A stretch of DNA of 64,000 nucleotides from Escherichia coli (GCF_041248615.1 NZ_CP158426.1); one strand, 5' to 3'. Positions 24,052 through 37,438 are shown, counted from the stretch's first letter. The notes: generated by a model from the sequence alone, not told the origin. Made by a program: numbers and translations.

Positions 24052-25410
24052 ATGGAACAATATGATCAAATTGGCGCAAGACTGGACCGCTTGCCTTTGG
24101 CCCGGTTTCATTATCGTATATTTGGTATTATAAGCTTTAGTCTGTTATTAACGGGTTTTTTGAGTTATTCAGGCAATGTTGTTTTAGCAAAGCTGGTAAG
24201 CAATGGATGGTCAAATAATTTCCTCAATGCCGCCTTTACCTCGGCATTAATGTTTGGTTATTTCATCGGCTCTCTTACCGGTGGGTTCATCGGTGATTAT
24301 TTTGGGCGGCGCAGGGCTTTTCGCATAAATCTTCTCATCGTCGGTATTGCGGCAACAGGGGCCGCTTTTGTCCCTGATATGTACTGGCTCATCTTCTTTC
24401 GCTTCCTGATGGGCACAGGAATGGGGGCGCTGATTATGGTTGGCTATGCTTCGTTTACGGAGTTTATCCCCGCGACGGTGCGTGGAAAATGGTCCGCGCG
24501 GCTCTCATTTGTCGGTAACTGGTCGCCCATGTTGTCTGCGGCGATAGGCGTGGTGGTTATCGCTTTTTTTAGTTGGCGGATAATGTTTCTGCTGGGTGGT
24601 ATTGTCATACTGTTAGCCTGGTTTCTCTCAGGTAAATACTTTATTGAGTCGCCTCGATGGTTGGCGGGGAAAGGACAAATCGCAGGTGCAGAAAGCCAAC
24701 TTCGTGAAGTAGAGCAGCAAATTGAAAGAGAGAAGAGTGTTCGTTTACCCCCGCTTACTTTGAATCAGAGCAACAACAAGGCTAACGTAATCAATGGTAC
24801 TTTCTGGCTGCTGTTTAAAGGGGAAATGTTACGACGTACATTAGTCGCGATTACTGTTTTAATTGCAATGAACATTTCACTTTATACCATCACCGTATGG
24901 ATACCGACCATATTTGTTAACTCCGGCATTGATGTCGATAAATCAATATTAATGACTGCTGTTATTATGATTGGCGCTCCGGTAGGAATATTTATTGCGG
25001 CATTAATTATTGATCATTTTCCTCGTCGATTATTTGGTTCCGCCTTGCTTATTATTATTGCCGTGTTAGGCTATATCTATTCAATTCAGACTACAGAGTG
25101 GGCGATTTTAATCTATGGCCTGGTGATGATCTTCTTTTTATACATGTATGTTTGCTTCGCGTCGGCGGTTTATATCCCGGAACTTTGGCCAACGCATTTA
25201 CGCCTGCGTGGTTCGGGTTTCGTTAATGCCGTCGGACGGATCGTCGCGGTCTTCACGCCTTATGGCGTTGCGGCACTATTAACGCATTATGGGTCGATCA
25301 CGGTGTTTATGGTACTTGGTGTCATGTTATTGCTCTGTGCGCTGGTTCTCTCCATTTTTGGCATCGAAACGCGGAAGGTGTCGTTGGAAGATATTTCTGA
25401 GGTGAATTAA
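24052..25410 (+). CDS. ydjE: MFS transporter YdjE
   Basis: 452-aa ORF paralogous to YdjK; synteny. Confidence 0.9.
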   Translation: MEQYDQIGARLDRLPLARFHYRIFGIISFSLLLTGFLSYSGNVVLAKLVSNGWSNNFLNAAFTSALMFGYFIGSLTGGFIGDYFGRRRAFRINLLIVGIAATGAAFVPDMYWLIFFRFLMGTGMGALIMVGYASFTEFIPATVRGKWSARLSFVGNWSPMLSAAIGVVVIAFFSWRIMFLLGGIVILLAWFLSGKYFIESPRWLAGKGQIAGAESQLREVEQQIEREKSVRLPPLTLNQSNNKANVINGTFWLLFKGEMLRRTLVAITVLIAMNISLYTITVWIPTIFVNSGIDVDKSILMTAVIMIGAPVGIFIAALIIDHFPRRLFGSALLIIIAVLGYIYSIQTTEWAILIYGLVMIFFLYMYVCFASAVYIPELWPTHLRLRGSGFVNAVGRIVAVFTPYGVAALLTHYGSITVFMVLGVMLLLCALVLSIFGIETRKVSLEDISEVN

Positions 25411-25462
25411 ATCTTTCGTTGATGGCATCAATTGCCAGATGTGCCACTGACGTGTTTTATTT

Positions 25463-25493
25463 GGCCTACAATGGCAGTACAGAATTGTAGGCC
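25463..25493. repeat. Inverted repeat (possible bidirectional terminator) between convergent ydjE and pncA
   Basis: GGCCTACAA ... TTGTAGGCC stem around a 13-nt loop. Confidence 0.4.
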
Positions 25494-25502
25494 AGCGTAA
25501 AA

Positions 25503-26144
25503 CTACCCCTGCGTCTCTTCCCAGTCTGCCAGCGTATATAGCGTTGCCCCAGCTGCTGACATCTCCATAAACGCGTGCGCACTGTCCTGGGGCTGGATAT
25601 TCACACCACGACAACCATCGGTAATCACATTAACCTTATAACCTAACTGTAATGCGTCCAGCACGGTAAACTTCACGCAATAGTCAGTAGCCAGGCCCAT
25701 AATGATCAATTCATCGATTTCATGATCGCGTAACCAGTCATCGAGCGTGGTTTTCTGCCGACGGTCGTTATCAAAAAAGGCACTGTAACTGTCAACTAAA
25801 GGATTTTCGCCTTTATGGAACACCGCTGCGATCGCTTTTTGGTTCAGTAACGGATGTAATTGTGCGCCTTCACTGTTCTGCACACAGTGATCTGGCCAGA
25901 AGGTTTGTGGCAAACCGTCGAGTTGGCCTGGCGTATAAGGCTCTACACCGTGCTGACTGGCAAAACTGCCGTGATTCGCCGGGTGCCAGTCTTGACTGGC
26001 GATAACCGCTTCACCGCGCGACTGGCACCAGTCAATCAGACGGTTAGCGACATCCACCGTACTGTCACCTTCCGGCACGGCGAGCGCGCCACCAGCACAG
26101 AAATCATTTTGTAAATCGACCAGTAACAGGGCGCGAGGGGGCAT
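25503..26144 (-). CDS. pncA: Nicotinamidase/pyrazinamidase PncA
   Basis: ORF 25503..26162; start at MPPRALLLVDLQNDF giving 213 aa. Confidence 0.9.
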   Translation of the reverse strand: MPPRALLLVDLQNDFCAGGALAVPEGDSTVDVANRLIDWCQSRGEAVIASQDWHPANHGSFASQHGVEPYTPGQLDGLPQTFWPDHCVQNSEGAQLHPLLNQKAIAAVFHKGENPLVDSYSAFFDNDRRQKTTLDDWLRDHEIDELIIMGLATDYCVKFTVLDALQLGYKVNVITDGCRGVNIQPQDSAHAFMEMSAAGATLYTLADWEETQG

Positions 26145-26154
26145 TGCAGTCTCC

Positions 26155-27171
26155 TTAATCATCCGGCGTCAGTTCGCCGCGCAGGTTTTGGCTCATAGCC
26201 TTGCGAATGGTTTCTGTATCCAGTTCCTGGCTAAGCAGGTAATGCAGTTTGGTTAGTGTGGCTTCTACAGTCATATCTGCACCGCCAATAACGCCGGCAT
26301 GGGCGAGGGCGTTACCGGTGGCATAACCACCCATGTTCACTTTACCGGACATACATTGTGTCAGGTTGACTACCACAATACCGCGATCGCTGGCTTCTTG
26401 TAATTCTTGCAGGAAGGCTTTGTTTTGTGGCGCATTACCCACGCCATATGAGCGCAGAATCAATGCTTTCACCGGTTGGCGCAGAAAATTGCGCACGACG
26501 TCAGCAGAAATCCCTGGATAAATCGTCACTACGCCAATCGGTTGTGGGGTGATTGGATGAACGATTAATTCCCCTTCACCGTGCGGGGCGGGTGGCGTAT
26601 TCAAACGACGAATATGGATACCTGCTTCCAGTAACGGAGGAAGGTTTGGAGAGGCAAACGCATCAAAACCATCGGCATGGGCTTTGGTGGTACGGTTGCC
26701 ACGATACAATCGGTTATTAAAAAAGAGCGTTACTTCGTTGATAGGATAATTCGCCGCAACGTACAACGCATTCAGCAGATTAATTTGTCCGTCAGAGCGT
26801 AACTCAGCCAGCGGGATTTGTGACCCTGTCACAATAACCGGTTTACCGAGATTCTCGAGCATGAACGACAGCGCAGAGGCGGTATACGCCATCGTGTCGG
26901 TGCCGTGCAGAATGACAAAACCATCATAGTCGTCATAATGCGCTTTAATATCTTCAGCAATATGCTGCCAGTCTTCTGGCGTCATATCTGAAGAGTCCAT
27001 CAGCGGCGTATATTCATGAATGGTGAAATCTGGCATCTCCGGGCGATGGAATTCCGGCATCAGCGCCAGTTGGCGCTGTAGATGACCTGACACCGGAATA
27101 TAACCCTGCTCGGAACGCTGCATCCCGATGGTCCCGCCCGTGTAGGCGACGTAAATTGATTTCTTTTGCAT
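26155..27171 (-). CDS. ansA: Cytoplasmic L-asparaginase I
   Basis: ORF 26155..27324 has a non-protein-like N-terminal extension; start at MQKKSIYVAYTGGTIGM gives 338 aa. Confidence 0.9.
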   Translation of the reverse strand: MQKKSIYVAYTGGTIGMQRSEQGYIPVSGHLQRQLALMPEFHRPEMPDFTIHEYTPLMDSSDMTPEDWQHIAEDIKAHYDDYDGFVILHGTDTMAYTASALSFMLENLGKPVIVTGSQIPLAELRSDGQINLLNALYVAANYPINEVTLFFNNRLYRGNRTTKAHADGFDAFASPNLPPLLEAGIHIRRLNTPPAPHGEGELIVHPITPQPIGVVTIYPGISADVVRNFLRQPVKALILRSYGVGNAPQNKAFLQELQEASDRGIVVVNLTQCMSGKVNMGGYATGNALAHAGVIGGADMTVEATLTKLHYLLSQELDTETIRKAMSQNLRGELTPDD

Positions 27172-27292
27172 GATATTGATATGAATGATATCGAAAGAGC
27201 AAAAGTATATACGTGAGGCAGGGGGAGCGCACCTGATACTATGCGGATAAGGAAATATGGGGCGAGACAGCGGGAAGAGGATTCGTCGAGGT

Positions 27293-27325
27293 AAAAAAAA
27301 TGTGGCCGACGATCTGTCGGCCACT
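27293..27325 (-). terminator. Rho-independent terminator downstream of sppA
   Basis: Perfect 9-bp stem GTGGCCGAC-gatct-GTCGGCCAC followed on the minus strand by a T-run, just after the sppA stop. Confidence 0.6.
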
Positions 27326-27336
27326 CAGTACAAGAC

Positions 27337-29193
27337 TTAACGCACGTTGGCGCAGGTCAGGCAAAACGCATAACGGTTTTGTGGGTCGTTAAACGCTGCC
27401 AGCTTGTCGCTTTCACTTTTAACGCTAGAGGCTACCGAGGCCAGCGGTGCAGGTAACATGGCCTGGAACGCATCTGGCAACATTGCCCGGACAGAACCAG
27501 ACATGTTGTCCATCACTTTGTCGAAGAAGGTCGGTTCATCAACGTAGTATTCCAGATGCCACTGTTTCACTTTTGCCAGCTCTGCTGCTTTGGCGACCGC
27601 ATCATCGAAATCCCCGAGACTATCGACCAGCCCGTTAGCTTTTGCATCCTGACCGGTCCAGACGTGGCCCTGGGCGATTTTATCAATCTGCTCCGGCGTC
27701 GAATGACGCGCATCAGCAACCAGCGTGATAAAGCGTTTATAGCCATTCTCAATGCTTAACTGCATCATCTGCTGCGCTTCCGGCGGCAGTGCCCTGGTGA
27801 TAGAAACATCCGCCAGCGGTGAAGTTGAGACACCATCAGTATGAACACCAATCGAATCCAGACTATTTTCTACGGTGGTGATCACGCCGAAGATACCGAT
27901 AGAACCGGTCAGGGTGCTGGGGTTAGCCACAATGTAATTAGCTGGTGTGGAAATCCAGTAACCACCAGATGCCGCCATGCCGCCCATCGATACAACCACA
28001 GGCTTACCCGCTGCCCGGGCTGCTGCCAGTTCAGCGCGAATCACTTCAGACGCGGTAACGCTGCCGCCTGGGCTATTAACACGCAGGACAATCGCTTTCA
28101 CTTTCGGGTCAAGGCGAGCGTCGCGGATTTGTGCCGCAGTGGTATCACCGCCAACATTCCCCTGAGTTTCCTCGCCATCCATAATTGCGCCATTAGCGAA
28201 GACGACACCGATACTGTCACCGGTATCTGCCGGCGTTTTCAATGCGTAATCGTAATAACTGATGGCGCGATAATTTTTATCAGTTTTACTCCAGCCGAAC
28301 TCTTTGGTCAGAGTTTTTTCGATTTCGGCACTCGATGCCAGCGCATCGACCAGCTTGTTTTCCAGCGCATATTTCGCGGTATCGCCACCGGTTTTGGTTA
28401 AACCCTCAAGCAACCCTTGCGCGCCAGGGAATACCTGCTGAGCAGGGATCTGCCGGTTAGCGGCAACAGTATTCAGATAGTTTTGCCACAGCTCACCAAT
28501 CCAGCGGCTGTCAGCTTCGCGGGCTGCCGGTGACATATCATCACGAATAAACGGTTCAACGGCAGATTTATACGTACCCACGCGGAACACATGGGTGGAA
28601 ACTTTCAGCTTATCCAGCAACGATTTGTAGTACAGACCGTTGGTGGCAAAGCCGTGCAGATCCACCACGCCTTGCGGTGACAGCCAAATTTTATTGGCGA
28701 AACTGGCGAGATAATATTGCCCCTGGCTGTAGTTCTCGCCTATGGCATAAACTGGTTTCCCGCTGTCACGAAACTCTTTCAGGGCTTTGCCGATGTACTG
28801 CATAGACGGTTGGTCGCCGCCTGCGAAGTTTTTCAGATCCATCACGATACCGGTGATATTGCGGTCATCCTTCGCCTGGCGAATGGTATTGACGATATCA
28901 AACAGTGAGTTTTCCTGCAGACGATCGGAACTGGCACCAAGCAGTTGGCGGCTTAATTTACTAAACCGCTGAGAACTGTCGGGTTTATCGACGATCACAC
29001 CAGAAATGTCCAGCAGCAGTGCGCCACGACTGGCCGTTTCTTTCGAATCACCACCACTGACCTGCATCCAAATCCCCACACCAACCAGTACGAGAAAAAT
29101 AAAGAACAGGTTAAGTACCATTTCACGGACGAAATTCAGCAGACGCCACGTCCATTTAAAAAATCCGGCAATAAATCGCCAAAGGGTTCGCAT
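27337..29193 (-). CDS. sppA: Signal peptide peptidase A (protease IV)
   Basis: ORF 27337..29205; start at [10 protein letters not shown] giving 618 aa; two ClpP/crotonase-like S49 repeats. Confidence 0.9.
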   Translation of the reverse strand: MRTLWRFIAGFFKWTWRLLNFVREMVLNLFFIFLVLVGVGIWMQVSGGDSKETASRGALLLDISGVIVDKPDSSQRFSKLSRQLLGASSDRLQENSLFDIVNTIRQAKDDRNITGIVMDLKNFAGGDQPSMQYIGKALKEFRDSGKPVYAIGENYSQGQYYLASFANKIWLSPQGVVDLHGFATNGLYYKSLLDKLKVSTHVFRVGTYKSAVEPFIRDDMSPAAREADSRWIGELWQNYLNTVAANRQIPAQQVFPGAQGLLEGLTKTGGDTAKYALENKLVDALASSAEIEKTLTKEFGWSKTDKNYRAISYYDYALKTPADTGDSIGVVFANGAIMDGEETQGNVGGDTTAAQIRDARLDPKVKAIVLRVNSPGGSVTASEVIRAELAAARAAGKPVVVSMGGMAASGGYWISTPANYIVANPSTLTGSIGIFGVITTVENSLDSIGVHTDGVSTSPLADVSITRALPPEAQQMMQLSIENGYKRFITLVADARHSTPEQIDKIAQGHVWTGQDAKANGLVDSLGDFDDAVAKAAELAKVKQWHLEYYVDEPTFFDKVMDNMSGSVRAMLPDAFQAMLPAPLASVASSVKSESDKLAAFNDPQNRYAFCLTCANVR

Positions 29194-29353
29194 GTATTCT
29201 CCCAACTAAAGGTCACACCTGTCACAGGCGCAATAGATGTGGTTATCGTAATGACCCAACCGGCACTTGTCAGCAGGAATTGCGGACTGTGCTGTAACAA
29301 AATCCACTCTCGTGTTAATTTTGTGAATAAATATCACGACAGGAGTTAATCAA

Positions 29354-29905
29354 ATGGATGCACTCGAACTATTGATCAATCGCCGTAGCGCCTCCCGCCT
29401 GGCTGAACCCGCGCCAACGGGTGAACAACTGCAAAACATCCTGCGTGCGGGTATGCGTGCGCCGGACCATAAGTCCATGCAACCGTGGCATTTTTTTGTG
29501 ATTGAAGGGGAAGGACGCGAGCGTTTCAGCGCATTATTGGAACAGGGGGCCATTGCTGCCGGTAGTGATGACAAAGCTATCGACAAAGCGCGTAATGCGC
29601 CGTTCCGCGCACCGCTCATCATAACGGTGGTGGCAAAATGCGAAGAAAATCATAAAGTCCCGCGCTGGGAACAGGAAATGTCTGCGGGATGCGCGGTCAT
29701 GGCGATGCAAATGGCAGCCGTTGCCCAGGGATTTGGCGGCATCTGGCGCAGTGGCGCATTAACTGAAAGTCCGGTAGTGCGTGAAGCATTCGGTTGCCGT
29801 GAGCAGGATAAAATTGTCGGTTTTCTCTACCTTGGTACGCCGCAGCTGAAAGCATCTACGTCGATTAACGTCCCGGACCCGACGCCGTTTGTCACTTATT
29901 TCTGA
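29354..29905 (+). CDS. ydjA: Nitroreductase-family protein YdjA
   Basis: 183-aa ORF; synteny between sppA and selD. Confidence 0.9.
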   Translation: MDALELLINRRSASRLAEPAPTGEQLQNILRAGMRAPDHKSMQPWHFFVIEGEGRERFSALLEQGAIAAGSDDKAIDKARNAPFRAPLIITVVAKCEENHKVPRWEQEMSAGCAVMAMQMAAVAQGFGGIWRSGALTESPVVREAFGCREQDKIVGFLYLGTPQLKASTSINVPDPTPFVTYF

Positions 29906-30021
29906 TAATTGTCGCGAAACTGTCTGGATTGTGAGCAAAGGCGCAGGAATTCAGACACTCTCACTTATCACTTCACGGAATGAGGGTTACCATACCCGGA
30001 TTGCATTGACAGGAGATGTCC

Positions 30022-31065
30022 ATGAGCGAGAACTCGATTCGTTTGACCCAATACAGCCACGGAGCTGGTTGCGGCTGTAAAATTTCCCCAAAAGTGTTGG
30101 AAACCATCCTGCACAGTGAGCAGGCGAAGTTTGTTGATCCGAATTTGCTTGTGGGTAATGAAACCCGCGACGATGCGGCGGTGTACGATCTGGGCAATGG
30201 CACCAGCGTTATCAGTACCACCGACTTCTTTATGCCGATCGTTGATAATCCTTTCGATTTTGGCCGCATTGCGGCGACTAACGCCATCAGCGATATCTTC
30301 GCGATGGGGGGCAAACCGATTATGGCGATTGCGATCCTCGGCTGGCCGATTAACAAACTTTCCCCGGAAATTGCCCGCGAAGTAACCGAAGGTGGACGCT
30401 ATGCATGCCGTCAGGCGGGTATTGCGCTGGCTGGCGGTCACTCCATCGATGCGCCGGAGCCGATTTTTGGTCTGGCGGTAACGGGGATCGTACCGACCGA
30501 GCGGGTGAAGAAAAACAGTACCGCACAAGCCGGATGCAAACTGTTCCTGACGAAACCGCTGGGGATCGGCGTTCTTACCACGGCTGAGAAAAAATCACTG
30601 CTGAAACCAGAACATCAGGGACTGGCGACGGAAGTGATGTGCCGGATGAACATCGCAGGCGCGTCCTTTGCCAACATCGAAGGCGTAAAAGCGATGACCG
30701 ACGTTACGGGCTTTGGTCTGCTGGGGCATTTAAGCGAAATGTGTCAGGGTGCTGGTGTGCAGGCGCGCGTCGACTATGAAGCGATCCCGAAACTGCCGGG
30801 GGTTGAAGAGTACATTAAGTTGGGCGCAGTGCCTGGCGGCACCGAACGTAACTTTGCCAGCTACGGTCATCTGATGGGTGAAATGCCGCGTGAAGTGCGC
30901 GATCTGCTGTGCGATCCGCAAACTTCTGGCGGTCTGCTGCTGGCGGTCATGCCGGAAGCAGAAAATGAGGTCAAAGCTACAGCCGCCGAGTTTGGCATTG
31001 AACTGACGGCGATTGGCGAACTGGTGCCAGCGCGCGGCGGTCGTGCCATGGTTGAGATCCGTTAA
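30022..31065 (+). CDS. selD: Selenide, water dikinase (selenophosphate synthetase)
   Basis: Translation [26 protein letters not shown]... with the CGC active-site loop; 347 aa. Confidence 0.9.
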
Positions 31066-31069
31066 TTCA

Positions 31070-33025
31070 ATGCGGTTGTTTATTGCCGAAAAACCGAGTC
31101 TGGCGCGCGCCATTGCTGATGTCCTGCCCAAACCGCACCGGAAAGGCGATGGCTTTATCGAGTGCGGTAATGGTCAGGTGGTGACCTGGTGTATCGGTCA
31201 CCTGCTTGAGCAGGCGCAGCCAGACGCCTACGACAGCCGCTATGCGCGCTGGAATCTTGCTGATTTGCCGATTGTCCCGGAAAAGTGGCAATTACAGCCC
31301 CGACCCTCCGTGACCAAACAACTTAATGTCATCAAACGCTTCCTGCATGAAGCCAGCGAAATCGTTCACGCCGGTGACCCGGATCGCGAAGGGCAATTAC
31401 TGGTGGATGAAGTGCTGGACTATCTGCAACTGGCACCGGAAAAGCGCCAGCAGGTGCAGCGTTGCTTGATAAACGACCTGAACCCGCAGGCGGTTGAGCG
31501 GGCGATCGACCGTCTTCGTTCCAACAGTGAGTTTGTGCCGTTGTGCGTTTCTGCACTGGCGCGAGCCCGAGCCGACTGGCTGTACGGCATCAATATGACC
31601 CGCGCTTACACCATTCTCGGTCGCAATGCGGGTTATCAGGGCGTACTTTCCGTGGGACGCGTGCAGACGCCCGTACTCGGACTGGTGGTGCGCCGCGACG
31701 AAGAGATTGAAAACTTCGTGGCGAAAGATTTCTTTGAAGTCAAAGCGCATATCGTGACACCTGCCGATGAGCGGTTTACCGCTATCTGGCAACCGAGCGA
31801 AGCGTGTGAACCTTATCAGGATGAAGAAGGGCGCTTGTTACATCGTCCGCTGGCGGAGCATGTGGTCAACCGCATCAGCGGCCAACCGGCTATTGTCACC
31901 AGCTATAACGATAAACGGGAATCAGAATCCGCACCGCTGCCGTTTTCGCTTTCGGCGTTGCAGATTGAAGCGGCAAAACGCTTTGGTCTGAGTGCGCAGA
32001 ACGTGCTTGATATCTGCCAGAAGTTGTACGAAACGCACAAGCTAATCACTTATCCGCGTTCCGATTGTCGCTATCTGCCGGAAGAGCATTTTGCCGGACG
32101 CCACGCAGTGATGAATGCCATCAGCGTTCATGCACCGGACTTGTTACCGCAGCCAGTGGTCGATCCAGATATACGCAACCGCTGCTGGGATGACAAAAAG
32201 GTCGATGCGCACCACGCCATCATCCCGACCGCACGGAGTTCTGCGATCAACCTGACGGAGAACGAAGCGAAGGTCTATAACCTGATTGCCCGTCAGTATT
32301 TGATGCAGTTCTGCCCGGATGCGGTGTTCCGCAAGTGTGTTATCGAACTGGATATTGCCAAAGGCAAATTTGTCGCTAAAGCGCGTTTTCTTGCTGAAGC
32401 AGGCTGGCGCACGCTGTTAGGCAGCAAAGAGCGCGATGAAGAAAACGACGGTACGCCATTGCCTGTGGTGGCGAAAGGCGATGAGTTGCTGTGTGAAAAA
32501 GGTGAAGTGGTAGAGCGGCAAACCCAGCCGCCGCGTCATTTTACCGATGCAACACTGCTTTCGGCGATGACCGGGATAGCACGTTTTGTGCAGGACAAAG
32601 ATCTGAAAAAGATCCTTCGTGCGACCGATGGTCTGGGGACAGAAGCGACTCGCGCCGGGATTATTGAACTGCTGTTCAAGCGAGGCTTCCTGACCAAAAA
32701 AGGGCGCTATATCCACTCCACCGACGCCGGAAAAGCATTATTCCATTCGCTGCCAGAGATGGCGACGCGACCGGACATGACCGCGCACTGGGAATCGGTG
32801 CTGACGCAAATCAGCGAAAAGCAGTGTCGCTACCAGGACTTTATGCAACCGCTGGTGGGGACATTGTACCAGTTGATTGATCAGGCAAAGCGCACGTCGG
32901 TAAGGCAGTTTCGGGGAATAATGGCTCCCGGCGGTGGAGAAGGGAAGAAAAAGGATTCGCCACGCAAGAGAGCGCCGAAAAAAAGCCCGCCATCAGAAGA
33001 GGCGGGCAATGGAGTGATAACATAA
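31070..33025 (+). CDS. topB: DNA topoisomerase III
   Basis: ORF 31013..33025; start at [16 protein letters not shown] (Toprim N-terminus); about 651 aa. Confidence 0.9.
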   Translation: MRLFIAEKPSLARAIADVLPKPHRKGDGFIECGNGQVVTWCIGHLLEQAQPDAYDSRYARWNLADLPIVPEKWQLQPRPSVTKQLNVIKRFLHEASEIVHAGDPDREGQLLVDEVLDYLQLAPEKRQQVQRCLINDLNPQAVERAIDRLRSNSEFVPLCVSALARARADWLYGINMTRAYTILGRNAGYQGVLSVGRVQTPVLGLVVRRDEEIENFVAKDFFEVKAHIVTPADERFTAIWQPSEACEPYQDEEGRLLHRPLAEHVVNRISGQPAIVTSYNDKRESESAPLPFSLSALQIEAAKRFGLSAQNVLDICQKLYETHKLITYPRSDCRYLPEEHFAGRHAVMNAISVHAPDLLPQPVVDPDIRNRCWDDKKVDAHHAIIPTARSSAINLTENEAKVYNLIARQYLMQFCPDAVFRKCVIELDIAKGKFVAKARFLAEAGWRTLLGSKERDEENDGTPLPVVAKGDELLCEKGEVVERQTQPPRHFTDATLLSAMTGIARFVQDKDLKKILRATDGLGTEATRAGIIELLFKRGFLTKKGRYIHSTDAGKALFHSLPEMATRPDMTAHWESVLTQISEKQCRYQDFMQPLVGTLYQLIDQAKRTSVRQFRGIMAPGGGEGKKKDSPRKRAPKKSPPSEEAGNGVIT

Positions 33026-33601
33026 AGGTTCTTTCAACCATCTGATACTGAAGATTTTTATGGCCGGATTAGGCGTTTGAACTGCACCCCAAATGTTGGA
33101 CATAATCTGACATCTGAAGGTGCAGTTTATGAAACATTCATTTGAAGTAAAACTTGCCGCTGTAAATCATTACCTGGCTGGTCATACAGGCATCATTTCT
33201 ACGGCAAAACTCTTTCAACTTTCTCACACCAGCCTCTCACACTGGATTAATCTTTTTCTTCTTCACGGTCCTCGGGCACTGGATTGCAGACACAAGCGTA
33301 GCTATTCTCCTGAAGATAAACTTTGCGTGGTTCTTTATGCTCTCGGGCATTCTGAGTCTCTACCCCGGGTAGCTGCCCGGTTTAACATTCCCAGCCACAA
33401 CACGGTTAAAAACTGGATAAAAGGCTACCGCAAATCTGGTAATGAGGCCTTTATCAGGCGCAGGAAGGAGAAAAGCATGACCCGTTCTGATGATACCCAT
33501 GAAAACGAGGCAAACATGACGCCGGAAGAGATGAAGAATGAGCTGCGTTATCTTCGCGCAGAAAATGCATATCTGAAAGCCATGCAGGAGCATCTCCTGG
33601 A

Positions 33602-34478
<877 letters not shown>

Positions 34479-34512
34479 GAGCCTGTTTAGGATTCTGTGT
34501 AAATGCCTTTTC

Positions 34513-35721
34513 TCAGAAGTGACCGTCCAGGCGGTCACCGAACTCGATAATAAAGCGGCTCATTGCCATTCGCCAGTCCTTCAACGGCATCGTCCATTTC
34601 TGGGACGCAGACTGGATTGCCAGCCACACCACTTTTTTCACCGAGTCGTCTGTCGGGAACACTTTACGCTTTTTGATCGCATGGCGGATCACGCTGTTTA
34701 GCGACTCGATGGCATTCGTCGTATAGATCACTTTGCGGATGTCCGTTGGATAAGCGAAGAACGTGGCAAGATTCGGCCAGTTAGCCTGCCAGCTTCGGCT
34801 TATCTGAGGATAGCGACTGTCCCAGGCCGCAGCGAACGCTTCCAGTGCCTGCTGACCTGCCTCTTCCGTGGGAGCCTGATAAATCGCTTTCAGGTCGCGA
34901 GTGACGGCTTTGTAGTCCTTCCATGACACGAAGCGCAGGCTGTTGCGCACCATATGCACGATGCATAACTGGATGCGGGCCTTCGGATATACTGTGTTGA
35001 TGGCATCCGGGAAGCCTTTCAGGCCATCCACACAGGCGATGAGGATATCGTTCAGACCGCGGTTTTTCAGTTCAGTCAGCACATTGAGCCAGAACTTCGC
35101 CCCTTCATTTTCGGCCAGCCACATACCCAGCAGTTCTTTCTGACCTTCGATATTGATGCCCAGTGCCAGGAACACCGATTTGTTGATGATGCGACTGTCC
35201 TGCCGAACTTTCAGGACGATACAGTCAAGATAAACAATGGGGTAAACAGCATCCAGTGGTCGGTTTTGCCATTCTACAACCTGCTCCATCACGGCATCGG
35301 TAACCTTTGATATCAGTGCCGGTGAAACATCTGCGTCATACAGTTCTTTGAACGCAGCGGCTATCTCACGGGTGGTCATCCCTTTGGCATACAACGAGAG
35401 GATCTGGTTATCCATCCCGGTAATACGGGTCTGATTTTTCTTTACCAGTTGTGGTTCGAAGGTACCGTCACGATCGCGCGGAGTACGCAGTTCCAGTGGA
35501 CCGTCGCCTGTGATAACGGTCTTTGTGGAATAACCGTTGCGGGAGTTAGCTCCTGGTCTGGACTGATTTTTCTCATACCCAAGATGGTGTGTCATCTCTG
35601 CATTGAGAGCGGCTTCAACGCTGAGCTTTTTCAGCAGCCGATCAAACTGACTGAGGTCTTCAGGGGTTTTGAGGTTTTTGGCCAGTTCGTTAGCCAGAGC
35701 CTGTAACTGTTTTTCGTCCAT
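34513..35721 (-). CDS. IS256-family transposase (IS1414-like)
   Basis: 402-aa ORF with mutator/IS256 transposase features; similar to my recollection of IS1414 TnpA. Confidence 0.8.
   Translation of the reverse strand: MDEKQLQALANELAKNLKTPEDLSQFDRLLKKLSVEAALNAEMTHHLGYEKNQSRPGANSRNGYSTKTVITGDGPLELRTPRDRDGTFEPQLVKKNQTRITGMDNQILSLYAKGMTTREIAAAFKELYDADVSPALISKVTDAVMEQVVEWQNRPLDAVYPIVYLDCIVLKVRQDSRIINKSVFLALGINIEGQKELLGMWLAENEGAKFWLNVLTELKNRGLNDILIACVDGLKGFPDAINTVYPKARIQLCIVHMVRNSLRFVSWKDYKAVTRDLKAIYQAPTEEAGQQALEAFAAAWDSRYPQISRSWQANWPNLATFFAYPTDIRKVIYTTNAIESLNSVIRHAIKKRKVFPTDDSVKKVVWLAIQSASQKWTMPLKDWRMAMSRFIIEFGDRLDGHF
34890..35006 (-). CDS. astA: Enteroaggregative E. coli heat-stable enterotoxin 1 (EAST1), embedded out of frame in the transposase gene
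   Basis: Minus-strand translation from 35006 gives MPSTQYIRRPASSYASCIWCATACASCHGRTTKPSLAT then stop, the 38-aa EAST1 sequence as I recall it; four Cys present. Confidence 0.75.
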   Translation of the reverse strand: MPSTQYIRRPASSYASCIWCATACASCHGRTTKPSLAT

Positions 35722-35792
35722 AAATTAACCTTCATTTGATGCTGGATTGAACATATCAAAATCAGGCAATTACACAAATCTATGTACAGGCT

Positions 35793-35832
<40 letters not shown>

Positions 35833-35859
35833 GTTTGCGCTGTATCCGGCACAATTGTC

Positions 35860-37203
35860 TTAAATCACGCCCTGGCTTAACATCGCATCCGCAACCTTCA
35901 CAAAACCGGCAATGTTCGCGCCCTGCACGTAGTTGGTTTGCTCACCTTCACCACCATGCTCAACACAGGCATGGTGGATATCCAGCATGATGTGATGCAA
36001 ACGTGCGTCAACTTTCTCGGCTTTCCAGCCCAGGCGCGCAGCGTTTTGCGCCATTTCCAGGCCCGATGTTGCTACACCGCCAGCATTAGCCGCTTTACCC
36101 GGTGCAAACAGTACGCCTGCCTGCTGGAACAGTTCAGTCGCTTCGATGGTGGTCGGCATATTTGCCCCTTCGGCGACGGCTTTAACGCCATTGGCGATAA
36201 GCTGATGCGCGGCGTCAACATCCAGTTCGTTCTGGGTGGCGCAAGGCAGGGCGATATCAACTGGTACAGACCACGGCTGTTGGCCTTCGAGATAGACCAG
36301 ACCAAATTCTTTGGCGTAATCTGCCACTCGACCATCGCGGCTGGCTTTGATTTCGATAAGACGCGCCAGTTTCTCTTTCGTGAATCCGCTTTCATCAACT
36401 ACAGTGCCACTGGAGTCTGACGCAGTGATCACACGAGCACCAAATTCCATCGCTTTTTCGATAGCGTACTGGGCGACGTTGCCGGAGCCAGAAACGGAAA
36501 CGCGCATTCCTTCAAAACCCATACCGTGGCGTTTTAGCATTGCTTCTGTGAAATAAACCAGACCGTAGCCGGTAGCTTCCGGGCGAATAAGACTGCCGCC
36601 AAATGAAAGGCCCTTACCGGTGAAGACGCAGGCGGTATTGTTGGAGAGCTTTTTCATCATCCCCGCCATAAAGCCGACTTCACGACCACCAACCCCGATA
36701 TCACCTGCCGGAACGTCGGTATCCGCGCCCAGGTGGCGATACAGTTCAGTCATCAGCGCCTGGCAAAAACGCATCACTTCACCTTCGCTTTTTCCTTTCG
36801 GATCGAAATCGCTGCCGCCTTTACCACCGCCCATCGGCAGAGTAGTCAGGGCATTTTTGAAGGTTTGTTCGAAGCCGAGGAATTTGAGAATGGAAAGGTT
36901 AACTGACGGATGGAAGCGCATACCGCCTTTGTACGGGCCGATGGCAGAGCTGAACTGCACACGCCATGCACGGTTGACCTGTACCTGGTTGCGATCATCA
37001 ACCCATACCACGCGAAACTGGATCACGCGCTCCGGTTCAACCAGACGCTCCAGTAATGACATCTGGCGATATTTTGGATTTTGTTCAAGAAAAGGCCAGA
37101 GTGTGGTCATTACTTCACGAACGGCTTGCGCGAACTCGGTTTGATTCGGGTCGCGCTTTTGGACATGGTTGAGGAATGACTCCAGAGAATATGTCTGATC
37201 CAT
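35860..37203 (-). CDS. gdhA: NADP-specific glutamate dehydrogenase
   Basis: 447-aa ORF with GGGKGG and Glu/Leu/Phe/Val dehydrogenase motifs; C-terminus ...DAMLSQGVI. Confidence 0.95.
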   Translation of the reverse strand: MDQTYSLESFLNHVQKRDPNQTEFAQAVREVMTTLWPFLEQNPKYRQMSLLERLVEPERVIQFRVVWVDDRNQVQVNRAWRVQFSSAIGPYKGGMRFHPSVNLSILKFLGFEQTFKNALTTLPMGGGKGGSDFDPKGKSEGEVMRFCQALMTELYRHLGADTDVPAGDIGVGGREVGFMAGMMKKLSNNTACVFTGKGLSFGGSLIRPEATGYGLVYFTEAMLKRHGMGFEGMRVSVSGSGNVAQYAIEKAMEFGARVITASDSSGTVVDESGFTKEKLARLIEIKASRDGRVADYAKEFGLVYLEGQQPWSVPVDIALPCATQNELDVDAAHQLIANGVKAVAEGANMPTTIEATELFQQAGVLFAPGKAANAGGVATSGLEMAQNAARLGWKAEKVDARLHHIMLDIHHACVEHGGEGEQTNYVQGANIAGFVKVADAMLSQGVI

Positions 37204-37438
37204 AGATATAAAACCCTTATATATTAATACGATTGTGCTTATGTTGTTTATGTCATGTGCTTTTGCAGTTTTCGACTATACCATCAAGAATGTGACGGTA
37301 AGCAAGAAAAAAATGACCCAGGAAAGCAAATTAATAACGAGAGTAATCTCATAACCAAATGCGATAACTCAGACGCTAAAGTTTTGCCACCCGGCTACCG
37401 TTATCAGTAGCAGAGACAATAACGTTAAGGAGTTCCCT

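Larger units (their letters stand above)
34485..35778 (-). mobile_element. IS1414-like IS256-family element nested within the IS3-family element
   Basis: 402-aa IS256-type transposase; terminal inverted repeats of form TGTGTAA(A/T)TGCC near 34486 and 35775; boundaries approximate. Confidence 0.65.

Noticed and set aside
27841-28401. 186-aa plus-strand ORF
   Set aside because: Antisense within sppA; not protein-like.
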